Below, piece by piece: positions 1 to 10,417 of a stretch of 64,000 nt of DNA. The stretch is from sequence record OP114733. One strand, written 5' to 3'. Under the pieces are notes generated by a model. The model worked only from the letters and a program-made list of their open reading frames with translations, was not told the DNA's origin and did no database searches. The translations under genes and the position numbers were made by a program. The stretch is from Escherichia phage vB_EcoM-pEB20. Numbering within the stretch: position 1 is the first letter of the stretch; the number at the start of each line of letters is the position of its first letter.

Positions 1-372
1 CCGCGTGGTCCAGTGAGTATTAAAGAATCTAAAGAAGGCAACTTCCGTCAGGTTGTTCCTAATATAGAACATAACATGGGTCTTTACGACTACGCGTGGA
101 AACTTGCTAAGAAAGGTAATAAACCTTATTTGACCCAAGTTGCTATCATGTTGAAATGGGTGTGCCAATCTGCTTCTGCTAATACTTACTATGACCCTGC
201 AGTATTTGAGAAAGGTAAAGTGCCAATGTCAGTAATGCTTGACGATCTGCTTTACTTCTGGTACTTTGGCGGAAAAAACCTCTACTATCATAACACTCGT
301 GATGGGTCAGGTACAGATGACTATGAATTAGAAACACCTAAAGCTGAAGATTGTTCTGCTTGTAAGCTTTAA
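1..372 (+). CDS. nrdA: Aerobic ribonucleotide reductase alpha subunit, C-terminal fragment (5' end outside window)
   Basis: Open frame from window start; C-terminal tail with paired Cys (CSACKL) typical of class Ia NrdA; directly upstream of nrdB as in T4. Confidence 0.8.
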   Translation, partial: PRGPVSIKESKEGNFRQVVPNIEHNMGLYDYAWKLAKKGNKPYLTQVAIMLKWVCQSASANTYYDPAVFEKGKVPMSVMLDDLLYFWYFGGKNLYYHNTRDGSGTDDYELETPKAEDCSACKL

Positions 373-427
373 GACTTTTGATTATAATTTACTCATGGAT
401 GAGTTAATAACTAAGTGAGAAAATATA

Positions 428-1606
428 ATGAGTACAGTTTTTAACACGCAACAAGTCGATGTTTTGAATGAACCGATGTTCTTTGGTTCTGGTCTTGGCC
501 TCGCACGGTATGATATTCAGCGTCATAAAGTTTTTGAAGAACTTATTGAAAAGCAATTGTCGTTTTTCTGGCGCCCAGAAGAGGTAAACTTGATGTTGGA
601 CTCTGCGCAGTTCAATAAGCTTCCTCAGTTCCAACAGGACATCTTTACAAACAATCTTAAGTATCAATCATTATTAGATTCTATCCAAGGCAGGGCCCCA
701 TCTGCGGTACTTATGGCACTGATTTCTGACCCTTCATTAGATACGTGGGTTGCAACATGGACATTCAGTGAAACTATTCACTCTCGTTCGTATACTCATA
801 TTATGCGAAATCTTTATACCGATCCATCTAAGGTATTTGATGAGATTGTATTAGACGAAGCTATTATGAAACGCGCTGAATCCATTGGACGTTATTATGA
901 TGACGTTCTGATTAAAACCCGTGAATGGGAAAATGCTAAAGAAATTTTTAAGTGTTTTTCCGAAAATGAATATGATTTAGATGCATATTCAAATAGTCTT
1001 ATGCACATGGAAGAATGTAAACATGACCTAATGAAGTCTCTTTATCTCTGTTTGCATGTTATCAACGCCTTAGAAGCTATTCGTTTTTACGTATCATTTG
1101 CATGTACTTTCAACTTCCATAAAAATATGGAAATTATGGAAGGCAATGCAAAGATTATGAAGTTCATTGCTCGTGACGAACAACTCCACCTCAAGGGTAC
1201 TCAGTACATTATCCGTCAACTTCAATCTGGTACTGATGGTGATGAGTGGGTTCAAATTGCTAAAGAATGTGAACAAGAAGCAGTTGACATTTTTATGGAA
1301 GTAAATAGTCAAGAGAAGGAATGGGCTGCACACCTCTTTAAAGACGGTACATGTCCAGGTATCAATACGCAGAGTATGTGTGCTTTTGTTGATTACTTGA
1401 CTGTGTCTCGTATGAAACAGTGCGGGTTACCATGCCCAATCACTGATGCTCCGACCAAGCATCCGTATCCTTGGATTCGTGAATATCTGAACTCTGATTT
1501 AGTTCAAGCAGCTCCTCAGGAAGTTGAAATCAGTTCTTATCTTGTCGCACAAATTGATAATGATGTAGACCAAAATGTAATCAATTCATACAAAAAATAT
1601 TTCTAA
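428..1606 (+). CDS. nrdB: Aerobic ribonucleotide reductase beta subunit, uninterrupted (no intron)
   Basis: 392 aa; matches T4 NrdB as recalled; contiguous ORF. Confidence 0.9.
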   Translation: MSTVFNTQQVDVLNEPMFFGSGLGLARYDIQRHKVFEELIEKQLSFFWRPEEVNLMLDSAQFNKLPQFQQDIFTNNLKYQSLLDSIQGRAPSAVLMALISDPSLDTWVATWTFSETIHSRSYTHIMRNLYTDPSKVFDEIVLDEAIMKRAESIGRYYDDVLIKTREWENAKEIFKCFSENEYDLDAYSNSLMHMEECKHDLMKSLYLCLHVINALEAIRFYVSFACTFNFHKNMEIMEGNAKIMKFIARDEQLHLKGTQYIIRQLQSGTDGDEWVQIAKECEQEAVDIFMEVNSQEKEWAAHLFKDGTCPGINTQSMCAFVDYLTVSRMKQCGLPCPITDAPTKHPYPWIREYLNSDLVQAAPQEVEISSYLVAQIDNDVDQNVINSYKKYF

Positions 1607-1607
1607 G

Positions 1608-1631
1608 GACGGGACTTCGGTCCCACTTTAT
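1608..1631 (+). terminator. Stem-loop GGGAC-UUCG-GUCCC followed by TTTATT between nrdB and denA
   Basis: Perfect 5-bp GC stem with UUCG tetraloop plus T-rich tail, read directly. Confidence 0.6.
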
Positions 1632-1632
1632 T

Positions 1633-2043
1633 ATGAAAGATATCGCCGCCGAATATTCCTTTATTAAATATACAGAATTGGAGCTATTAGAAGATGCAAC
1701 AATTAAAACAGTTGATGTCCCTAATAAGAAAAATGTCATATATGCTATTGCTATAGATGACGAACTTGTGTATATTGGTAAAACCAAGAATTTAAAGAAA
1801 CGCATTAACTATTATCGAACAGCCATAAATCGAAAAGACCAGACTTCAGATTCAAGAAAATCACTTATGATTTTGGATGCCTTAATGCAAGGCAAAAAGG
1901 TTGAATTCTGGGCCCGCCAATGTTTTGACCTTTCAGTCACCAACGAACTCGGTTCAATGACCATCGCAACAATGGACCTTGAAGAACCACTTTTTATCAA
2001 AAAGTTCAACCCGCCTTGGAATATCCAACATAAGAAAAAGTAG
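1633..2043 (+). CDS. denA: Endonuclease II (GIY-YIG family)
   Basis: 136 aa; near-identical to recalled T4 EndoII (MK.IA.EYSFIKYTELEL...VYIGKTKNL.KRINYYR...NPPWNIQHKKK). Confidence 0.9.
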   Translation: MKDIAAEYSFIKYTELELLEDATIKTVDVPNKKNVIYAIAIDDELVYIGKTKNLKKRINYYRTAINRKDQTSDSRKSLMILDALMQGKKVEFWARQCFDLSVTNELGSMTIATMDLEEPLFIKKFNPPWNIQHKKK

Positions 2044-2072
2044 TTTACATACCACAAGGATTGTGGTACAAT
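2044..2072 (+). promoter_or_regulatory. T4-type early promoter (GTTTACA -35, 16-bp spacer, TACAAT -10)
   Basis: Motif read directly; 27 nt upstream of rnlA ATG with GAGGA RBS. Confidence 0.6.
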
Positions 2073-2089
2073 TTAAAAAAATTAACTGA

Positions 2090-3223
<1,134 letters not shown>

Positions 3224-3225
3224 TG

Positions 3226-3255
3226 GTTTACAAACACCAAGGAAGGTGTTACTAT
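3226..3255 (+). promoter_or_regulatory. T4-type early promoter (GTTTACA-N17-TACTAT)
   Basis: Consensus hexamers with 17-bp spacer, overlapping the rnlA stop. Confidence 0.6.
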
Positions 3256-3285
3256 GGCTTTTATCAACAACACGAGGAGAAAATT

Positions 3286-3786
3286 ATGAATATGCAATTG
3301 ATTACTAACGATATGGTCGTAAACGCTTTTGGAGACACAACTGACGGAATCCGGGTCTTTAAGAAAGGACGTCCAGTTGGTTATCTTACTGACCTACGTG
3401 TTACACTGGCCAAAAATCTTAAAAAGAAAGTAAAACAAAAAGAGTATTCAACCCGATACGCTGAAGAGAAACGCGAAGCGATGCCAGAAGCAGTTAATGC
3501 TATGGTAGAATTTCTTCAAAACAATTTGACTAAATATGACGCTAATGTGTTCATTAATATTAGTCAACCAAACGTACATATCGCAGGTATCAAATTCTAT
3601 ATTATTTGCGACCCTCTTACCGACAAATTCAACCGTCTCGGAATCTCAAGCCCATATCATACAGCAGAAGAGTTGTGTGTATTGTTTGAATCATACAAAA
3701 TCCAAACTGACGGGCCTAAAACAGTTCTTATCAATGGATTATCCCGAGATGAAATCATTGAGATTATTAAAACATGCTTAAAGTAA
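3286..3786 (+). CDS. alc: Putative Alc-like host transcription inhibitor (positional assignment)
   Basis: 166 aa from internal ATG preceded by GAGGAGA RBS; size and position next to rnlA match T4 alc; sequence identity not verified. Confidence 0.45.
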   Translation: MNMQLITNDMVVNAFGDTTDGIRVFKKGRPVGYLTDLRVTLAKNLKKKVKQKEYSTRYAEEKREAMPEAVNAMVEFLQNNLTKYDANVFINISQPNVHIAGIKFYIICDPLTDKFNRLGISSPYHTAEELCVLFESYKIQTDGPKTVLINGLSRDEIIEIIKTCLK

Positions 3787-4130
3787 ATCCTATTTACGCT
3801 ATAGTAGCAGCTTTTGCTCTAGTTTCTACGGTAACAATAGTTGTCTTAAACAACAAAGTTGATTCGTTGAATACTGAATTAGCTTCTGTCAAAGAGGCCG
3901 CTAAAAACAATGCTAAAGTATTAGACGACTTCAAGGTTCAGTATCAGTCTATAGAAGAAATGACATATAAGAATCGTGTTTTAGTTGACCAACTTAAGGC
4001 CGAAAATGAAAAGCTCCGTAAGGATTCGAAGAAGAAGAACGTGGTGGCAAGTAAGCCAGGATTGGTCGAAAAACAAATCAACAGGTCCTTCGATTCCTTT
4101 GCAGAAGACCTCAGGAAGCTCTCAGAATGA
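3774..4130 (+). CDS. i-spanin (Rz-like; T4 pseT.3 equivalent)
   Basis: 118 aa; N-terminal TM helix (IYAIVAAFALVSTVTIVVL) then charged coiled-coil periplasmic domain; followed by overlapping lipoprotein ORF. Confidence 0.7.
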   Translation: MLKVNPIYAIVAAFALVSTVTIVVLNNKVDSLNTELASVKEAAKNNAKVLDDFKVQYQSIEEMTYKNRVLVDQLKAENEKLRKDSKKKNVVASKPGLVEKQINRSFDSFAEDLRKLSE

Positions 4131-4417
4131 TTAAATTAACCGCAGTTGTATTATCTATTGGTCTCCTAGTTGGATGTACTCAGGATGTGCTAGTAAGCCC
4201 TAAAGAAACTTTACATCCTTCATGGCCTACGCCTATTTCCGAATACAACCAGAAATGGCAAGTAAAGGTTATCAACGGTAATCCATGGGTTGGAATGCCA
4301 TTTGAAGACTCTCAAGAATTTCGTATCTGGTTAAACGACGTAAAAAGATATGTACATGACCAGAAGACTATGTTATGTTATTATCGTAGTGGTTTAAAAG
4401 AGGAAAAATGTCAATGA
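4127..4417 (+). CDS. o-spanin (Rz1-like outer-membrane lipoprotein; T4 pseT.2 equivalent)
   Basis: 96 aa; signal peptide with lipobox LLVGC; start overlaps i-spanin stop (ATGA). Confidence 0.7.
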   Translation: MIKLTAVVLSIGLLVGCTQDVLVSPKETLHPSWPTPISEYNQKWQVKVINGNPWVGMPFEDSQEFRIWLNDVKRYVHDQKTMLCYYRSGLKEEKCQ

Positions 4418-4632
4418 CTAAAGAACAGCATGAATACATTAAAGGGCTTATCTATGAATCTGAAATGGCGGCTATGATTTATGGACGCCAGATTCAACGA
4501 TTAGAATCTTTGCCTCCGACTAATGACCGTCTACTAGTTCAGTCTCGTGCTAATCTGAAAAATGAATACCAAAACAAGTGGGCAGTGGCGACTAAAGCTC
4601 TTCATGAGTATATCGAATCTTTAGTAAAATAG
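4408..4632 (+). CDS. Hypothetical protein (74 aa)
   Basis: ORF in early gene cluster, overlaps upstream stop. Confidence 0.5.
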   Translation: MSMTKEQHEYIKGLIYESEMAAMIYGRQIQRLESLPPTNDRLLVQSRANLKNEYQNKWAVATKALHEYIESLVK

Positions 4633-4661
4633 TTTACAAACTCTCGGGAGCAGAGTATAAT
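4633..4661 (+). promoter_or_regulatory. T4-type early promoter (GTTTACA-N16-TATAAT)
   Basis: Read directly: agTTTACAaactctcgggagcagagTATAATg. Confidence 0.65.
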
Positions 4662-4694
4662 GCTCCTATGGATAATAAAATTGAGGAAATCTAA

Positions 4695-4993
4695 ATGAAA
4701 ACATTGTTAGAGAATTACATCAAACTATCTGATAAGTATTCTGAAATGCTCCATGCGGAAGACCGAGAAGAATATGATATGGATTTGGCTAAAGAATTGG
4801 ATGCCGCTGGTAAAGCTCTTCGTAAAGCTGCCAAAGAAAAGGGAATGGATATTCCGCAGCTAAAAAGTCATCTGTATAAATTTAACTCTTCAAATATTAG
4901 CAGATATTCTAATAACAAATCATATGCAGAACAATGTAAAGGACGGCGAGAGCATAACATTCGTATTCTTGAAACTTTCTTAGGAATAAAATA

Positions 4994-4994
<1 letters not shown>
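4695..4994 (+). CDS. Hypothetical protein (99 aa)
   Basis: ORF with upstream GAGGAAA RBS and early promoter. Confidence 0.55.
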
Positions 4995-6081
<1,087 letters not shown>

Positions 6082-6273
6082 ATGAAACGATTATATGAAG
6101 TGATTGAGGCCATCGAACAGCATAAAGAATATTTGTTTGTAGTATGGCCTTTAGTAAATGGACAGTTCGGTATTGATGTGCTGGACTATGAACATGAAGA
6201 ATGGTTGGACGGCGGTATATTTGATAACGTCGACCAGGCAATTGAATGGTTAAATGAAAACTATGTACGATAA
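6082..6273 (+). CDS. Hypothetical protein (63 aa)
   Basis: ORF immediately after pseT. Confidence 0.45.
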   Translation: MKRLYEVIEAIEQHKEYLFVVWPLVNGQFGIDVLDYEHEEWLDGGIFDNVDQAIEWLNENYVR

Positions 6274-6478
6274 ACATCATGAAATCGAAGATGAAGCATA
6301 CAAAATGCTTCGTAAACTAGTGGGACTTAATATGAGTCCTACATTAATCAACAAACTCGCAGGAATTCGTAATGATCTGAATACTCGTTACAAAGGTGAA
6401 TATCATGTAGAGTTTGTTCCTGTAGGTGAACCAACCGAGCGATTTGTTGTTCGAGTTAAAGTAAATACTGTGCACTGA
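6254..6478 (+). CDS. Hypothetical protein (74 aa)
   Basis: ORF. Confidence 0.45.
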   Translation: MKTMYDKHHEIEDEAYKMLRKLVGLNMSPTLINKLAGIRNDLNTRYKGEYHVEFVPVGEPTERFVVRVKVNTVH

Positions 6479-6485
6479 GGTAATT

Positions 6486-6761
6486 ATGTTCCCAACTTAT
6501 TCTGAAATTGTAAAGGTAGTCTTCAGTCAGATTATTGCTAATAATATGTTTGAAGTGCTTGATAATGCAGCCGAACTCAGAGTTCATGCTCAACTAACTC
6601 ATGTACTCAATGCTTTGCTCCCAGACCAAGTAGATTCTATTGCTATTACTCTTCTCCCTGGGTCTGCACACGTCATAGTGGTATTTGATCTTGACGGCGA
6701 TTTAGTTATCCAATGTGATATCAATTTCGGTACACAAAAAATTGAATGCAAAGCAATTTAA
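6486..6761 (+). CDS. Hypothetical protein (91 aa)
   Basis: ORF. Confidence 0.45.
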   Translation: MFPTYSEIVKVVFSQIIANNMFEVLDNAAELRVHAQLTHVLNALLPDQVDSIAITLLPGSAHVIVVFDLDGDLVIQCDINFGTQKIECKAI

Positions 6762-6763
6762 TG

Positions 6764-6793
6764 GTTTACAACATGGTGGAGTTGTGATACTAT
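6764..6793 (+). promoter_or_regulatory. T4-type early promoter (GTTTACA-N17-TACTAT)
   Basis: Consensus read directly. Confidence 0.6.
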
Positions 6794-6821
6794 AACTCTA
6801 CCAACAAATGAGGAAATAGAA

Positions 6822-7058
6822 ATGCTAAGTGAAAACCCAATTACAGTACACGAATTTCAGATTAAAGTAAAAGAATTTGCTCAAGCACTCATCAATAAAG
6901 TGTCTGAACGTTTCCAAGATGCAACATTACGAGTTATTCAAGAATCTCCACGTTCTTTTCTCATAATCGTTAATCCTAAAGATGGTGACCAAATTACTAA
7001 TCTTAAATTAGGCAGTGATGGTCTTGTTGAAGCAACTCGAGTATATGGAACACTATAA
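6822..7058 (+). CDS. Hypothetical protein (78 aa)
   Basis: ORF with GAGGAAATAG RBS downstream of early promoter. Confidence 0.5.
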   Translation: MLSENPITVHEFQIKVKEFAQALINKVSERFQDATLRVIQESPRSFLIIVNPKDGDQITNLKLGSDGLVEATRVYGTL

Positions 7059-7178
7059 TGAGAGCTATCTCATTACTATCGAGAATGGTCATAAATCTGA
7101 GCACTACCAACTTAGCCTGTCTAATCCGGTTAAAGGTATTGTTGAATCAGAATCTGTTTATATCTCCTAAGGATTGTT

Positions 7179-8171
7179 ATGTTACCTGTCGTCGGAAAAC
7201 TTATTTCTCCAAAAGAACTGGCTGAGATTATTCCTTTGTCGGAAGCTTACGCATCACAAGTGGCTTCTCATCGCGAACAAGTTAATTCGATTATGAATGG
7301 TGAAGACCCACGCAAACTTATTGTTGTAGGTCCTTGTTCAATTCATGACCCTATTGCTGCTGTTGAATACGGCAAACGTCTGGCTGAACTTCAAACTCGT
7401 CTTCCTAATGTTCTGTTAGTGATGCGCGTTTATTTTGAAAAGCCTCGAACTACCGTAGGTTGGAAAGGTCTTGTAAATGATCCATATCTTGACGGAAGTT
7501 TTGATATGAACCACGGTCTTATAGTTGCACGAACATTGTGTCGTAAACTTCTACGTATGGGACTTCCATTAGCAACTGAAGTATTAGACCCATTCACGAT
7601 TAAGTATCTTTCTGGTATTTTCTCATGGGTTGCTATTGGCGCCCGTACGACTGAAAGTCAGACACATCGTGAAATTGCTTCAGGTCTACCGATGTGCGTA
7701 GGCTTCAAGAACGCAACCAATGGTTCTATTAAAGTAGCTACAGACGCGATGTATAGTGCCGCCTGGCCTCATCGGTATATGGGTATGGACGTCGATGGTA
7801 CTGTAGGCATTGTTGAAGCTGAAGGTAATCAGAATACGCATATCGTATTGCGTGGCGGGACCAACGGCCCGAACTATCATTCTTCTGATATTCAAGAAGC
7901 TTCTAACAAAGCAAGGGCAGTAGGTCTGAATCATTATGTAATGGTTGACTGTAGCCATGCAAACGCTGCCGGGCATTATAGCAATCAAATTGGTATTGGT
8001 AAAAATTTAGCAGCTAATGATTTGGTCAAAGGAATTATGATAGAATCATTCCTACATGAAGGAAATCAAAAAATTTCTGATAATATGTCCTATGGCGTTT
8101 CCGTTACCGATGCGTGCATCAGTTGGGAACAAACTAAAGAGCTGTTAACTTATATTAATAAGGTTCAATAA
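7179..8171 (+). CDS. 3-deoxy-D-arabino-heptulosonate 7-phosphate (DAHP) synthase, class I (AroG/AroF/AroH-like)
   Basis: 330 aa; clear similarity along full length to recalled E. coli AroG (VVGPCSIHD, MRVYFEKPRTTVGWKGL.NDP, GARTTESQ.HRE.ASGL, GFKN.T.G.IKVA.DA, H.ANA, ESFLHEGNQ, TDACI.WE); AAGGA RBS 8 nt upstream. Confidence 0.88.
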   Translation: MLPVVGKLISPKELAEIIPLSEAYASQVASHREQVNSIMNGEDPRKLIVVGPCSIHDPIAAVEYGKRLAELQTRLPNVLLVMRVYFEKPRTTVGWKGLVNDPYLDGSFDMNHGLIVARTLCRKLLRMGLPLATEVLDPFTIKYLSGIFSWVAIGARTTESQTHREIASGLPMCVGFKNATNGSIKVATDAMYSAAWPHRYMGMDVDGTVGIVEAEGNQNTHIVLRGGTNGPNYHSSDIQEASNKARAVGLNHYVMVDCSHANAAGHYSNQIGIGKNLAANDLVKGIMIESFLHEGNQKISDNMSYGVSVTDACISWEQTKELLTYINKVQ

Positions 8172-8752
8172 TGAAAGCTAGCACATACCTTCAGATTGCA
8201 TATCTGATTTCTCAAGAATCAAAATGTTGTTCATGGAAAGTTGGCGCAGTCATTGAAAAAGATGGACGCATTATTTCTACAGGTTATAATGGCTCTCCTT
8301 CAGGTGGTACAAACTGTTGCGAACATGCATCCGAAAACGGTTGGTTGAAGAATAAACCAAGCCCGGTCATCGTTGCTGGTCATAAAGAAGGTACTACAGC
8401 ATTTGGACGGGTGGATAATTTTGTTTTGGCTAAAGAACATCGAGCGGCTCATAGTGCATGGTCTGCTAATAATGAAATCCATGCTGAACTGAATGCAATT
8501 TTATTTGCAGCTCGTAAAGGTAATTCTATTGAAGGTGCTACGTTGTATACGACGCTTTCTCCATGTCCTGATTGCACTAAAGCTATTACACAGTCAGGTA
8601 TTAAAAAGGTTGTATACGCAGAATTATATGACAGATCTCCTGAAAATTGGGCAGACATTCTAAAACAAGCCGGTATTGAAGTAATTCAGTACTCTCGTAA
8701 TAATCTTCGTTCTCTGAATTGGGAACAAATCCGAAACTTTTGTGGTGAATAA
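8171..8752 (+). CDS. cd: dCMP deaminase
   Basis: 193 aa; zinc motifs HAE and PCxxC; matches T4 Cd length and position. Confidence 0.9.
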   Translation: MKASTYLQIAYLISQESKCCSWKVGAVIEKDGRIISTGYNGSPSGGTNCCEHASENGWLKNKPSPVIVAGHKEGTTAFGRVDNFVLAKEHRAAHSAWSANNEIHAELNAILFAARKGNSIEGATLYTTLSPCPDCTKAITQSGIKKVVYAELYDRSPENWADILKQAGIEVIQYSRNNLRSLNWEQIRNFCGE

Positions 8753-8753
8753 T

Positions 8754-9050
8754 ATGATTTTAACTGAACAAGAAACTATGGTTCTTCGTGAACGTATTAA
8801 AACTATTCTGTCTGTAGGCGTTCATTGTGTTGTATTTGAAAAGGCTAACGGTGAGGTACGCACTATGTTTGCTTCGCGCGATGAACTTGAAGTCAAATAT
8901 GAAAATAACAATCCGGCAACAGAAGTTCGTTCTGAACCTCGTGAATCAGTTCGAGCATTCGATACCAAGTTAGGTCAGTGGCGTTCTTTCCGCCTTGATA
9001 AAGTAATTTCGGTTGATGGTACTCCGGTAGAACGTTTGCTTCTTATGTAA
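8754..9050 (+). CDS. Hypothetical protein (98 aa from ATG at 8754)
   Basis: ORF between cd and gene 31; ATG immediately after cd stop. Confidence 0.5.
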   Translation: MILTEQETMVLRERIKTILSVGVHCVVFEKANGEVRTMFASRDELEVKYENNNPATEVRSEPRESVRAFDTKLGQWRSFRLDKVISVDGTPVERLLLM

Positions 9051-9052
9051 TA

Positions 9053-9077
9053 TGCTTTACGAATAGTATGGTATTAT
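9053..9077 (+). promoter_or_regulatory. MotA-dependent middle promoter (MotA box TGCTTTA, 12-nt gap, -10 TATTAT)
   Basis: Box and -10 read directly; upstream of gene 31. Confidence 0.55.
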
Positions 9078-9107
9078 TAATCTATCGTCAAACAACAAGG
9101 AAATAAG

Positions 9108-9440
9108 ATGTCTGAAGTACAACTCCCAATTCGTGCTGTTGGTGAATACGTCATTCTGGTTTCTGAACCCGCTCAAGCAGGTGATGAAGAAGTTACCGAA
9201 TCAGGACTTGTGATTGGTAAACGTGTTCAAGGTGAAGTTCCTGAACTATGTGTAGTTCATTCTGTAGGTCCTGATGTTCCTAAAGGTTTTGTTGAAGTCG
9301 GTGATTTGACTCCACTACCAGTTGGACAAATTCGAAATGTTCCACATCCATTTGTGGCTTTGGGACTTAAACAACCTAAAGAAATTAAACAGAAATTCGT
9401 AACATGCCACTATAAAGCTATTCCGTGTCTTTATAAGTGA
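9108..9440 (+). CDS. 31: Co-chaperonin GroES homolog gp31
   Basis: 110 aa; near-identical to recalled T4 gp31. Confidence 0.92.
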   Translation: MSEVQLPIRAVGEYVILVSEPAQAGDEEVTESGLVIGKRVQGEVPELCVVHSVGPDVPKGFVEVGDLTPLPVGQIRNVPHPFVALGLKQPKEIKQKFVTCHYKAIPCLYK

Positions 9441-9448
9441 TATAAATA
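9441..9448 (+). promoter_or_regulatory. Late promoter TATAAATA
   Basis: Exact 8-mer immediately after gene 31 stop, upstream of rIII. Confidence 0.55.
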
Positions 9449-9564
9449 ACTATATGAAGAGAACACTCTTCTAAGCGGTAGCCTACAACTGAGAGACTTG
9501 TCGAAAGAAGGTGAAATTCAGACGAACGTGGCTACTAAATATTATCTCGAATTGAGAATTTAAA

Positions 9565-9813
9565 ATGATTAAACAATTACAACACGCTCTTGAACTGCAA
9601 CGAAACGCATGGAATAATGGTCACGAAAACTACGGCGCGTCGATTGATGTTGAAGCCGAAGCACTGGAAATCTTGCGTTATTTCAAACATCTGAACCCGG
9701 TACAGGCAGCTTTGGCCTCTGAACTGGAAGCAAAAGATGAACTGAAATATGCTAAGCCTTTGGCTTCTGCAGCTCGTAAAGCAGTACGTCATTTTGTTAT
9801 TACCCTTAAATAA
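9565..9813 (+). CDS. rIII: Lysis inhibition accessory protein rIII
   Basis: 82 aa, same length as T4 rIII, expected position after gene 31. Confidence 0.75.
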   Translation: MIKQLQHALELQRNAWNNGHENYGASIDVEAEALEILRYFKHLNPVQAALASELEAKDELKYAKPLASAARKAVRHFVITLK

Positions 9814-10107
9814 GTTTTAGGTGATTCGCTACCTTAGTGCGGCTAGAAAATCGAGGAGCCGTCGAACTGTCTGATTAATGATTTGCGAATCATTATAGTT
9901 TTAAGACCCCGACAGTTTTACGGTGTACCTCTTGAATGTATTTTATACTATCACGCGTCAGAAAAAGGTTATCTGTCTAAGTCGTGGTTGGTATGATGAC
10001 GGGTTTATGGTTATCCTGTCGTTAAATATCCAAAACCTATGTTCCCCTTGAGGGCTTGCGCAGGCAATGTCAATAAGTCCTGCATTTTCATTTAAAGAGA
10101 ATTTATA

Positions 10108-10287
10108 ATGGCAAAACAAGCTAAAGCAAAGAAAGCAGTTGAAAAGAAAGTTGATGGTACCTCTAAACGCGCTGGATACAAGCGTGGGTCGAACTCTCGT
10201 ATTAATCAAACAGTTGAGAAGATCATGCGCAGAGCACGTGCAGTTCTTCGAGATGATGCTTCTCGTTTTGGAAAGGTTGTTGCATAA
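10108..10287 (+). CDS. Small basic hypothetical protein (59 aa; not in supplied ORF track)
   Basis: ATG at 10108 to TAA at 10285-10287, translating MAKQAKAKKAVEKKVDG...; followed by terminator hairpin. Confidence 0.5.
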   Translation: MAKQAKAKKAVEKKVDGTSKRAGYKRGSNSRINQTVEKIMRRARAVLRDDASRFGKVVA

Positions 10288-10292
10288 TTTTA

Positions 10293-10316
10293 GGGAGACT
10301 TCGGTCTCCCTTTTGT
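10293..10316 (+). terminator. Intrinsic terminator GGGAGAC-UUCG-GUCUCCC + UUUU
   Basis: Perfect 7-bp stem, UUCG loop, T-run. Confidence 0.7.
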
Positions 10317-10346
10317 GCGTTTAGGGCAGAAAAAGTTTAAAAAGAT

Positions 10347-10375
10347 GTTTACTCTCCTGTAGGATGTGTTACTAT
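10347..10375 (+). promoter_or_regulatory. T4-type early promoter (GTTTACT-N16-TACTAT)
   Basis: Read directly. Confidence 0.55.
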
Positions 10376-10417
10376 AGACTTGTACCACCTAATCAATAAA
10401 ACAACCTGGAGAACAAA

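Noticed and set aside
404-667. Minus-strand 87-aa ORF overlapping the start of nrdB
   Set aside because: Antisense to a confidently identified conserved gene; no RBS or promoter context; typical spurious ORF in AT-rich DNA.
428-1606. Possible group I intron in nrdB, as in T4
   Set aside because: The nrdB ORF is contiguous at 392 aa with no interruption.
7686-7988. Minus-strand 100-aa ORF inside the DAHP synthase gene
   Set aside because: Antisense to an ORF with clear full-length enzyme homology.
9958-10209. Minus-strand 83-aa ORF spanning the rIII-downstream gap and the 59-aa plus-strand ORF
   Set aside because: No RBS, runs against the local transcription direction and overlaps a better-supported plus-strand gene; the region is still flagged as unexplained non-coding sequence.
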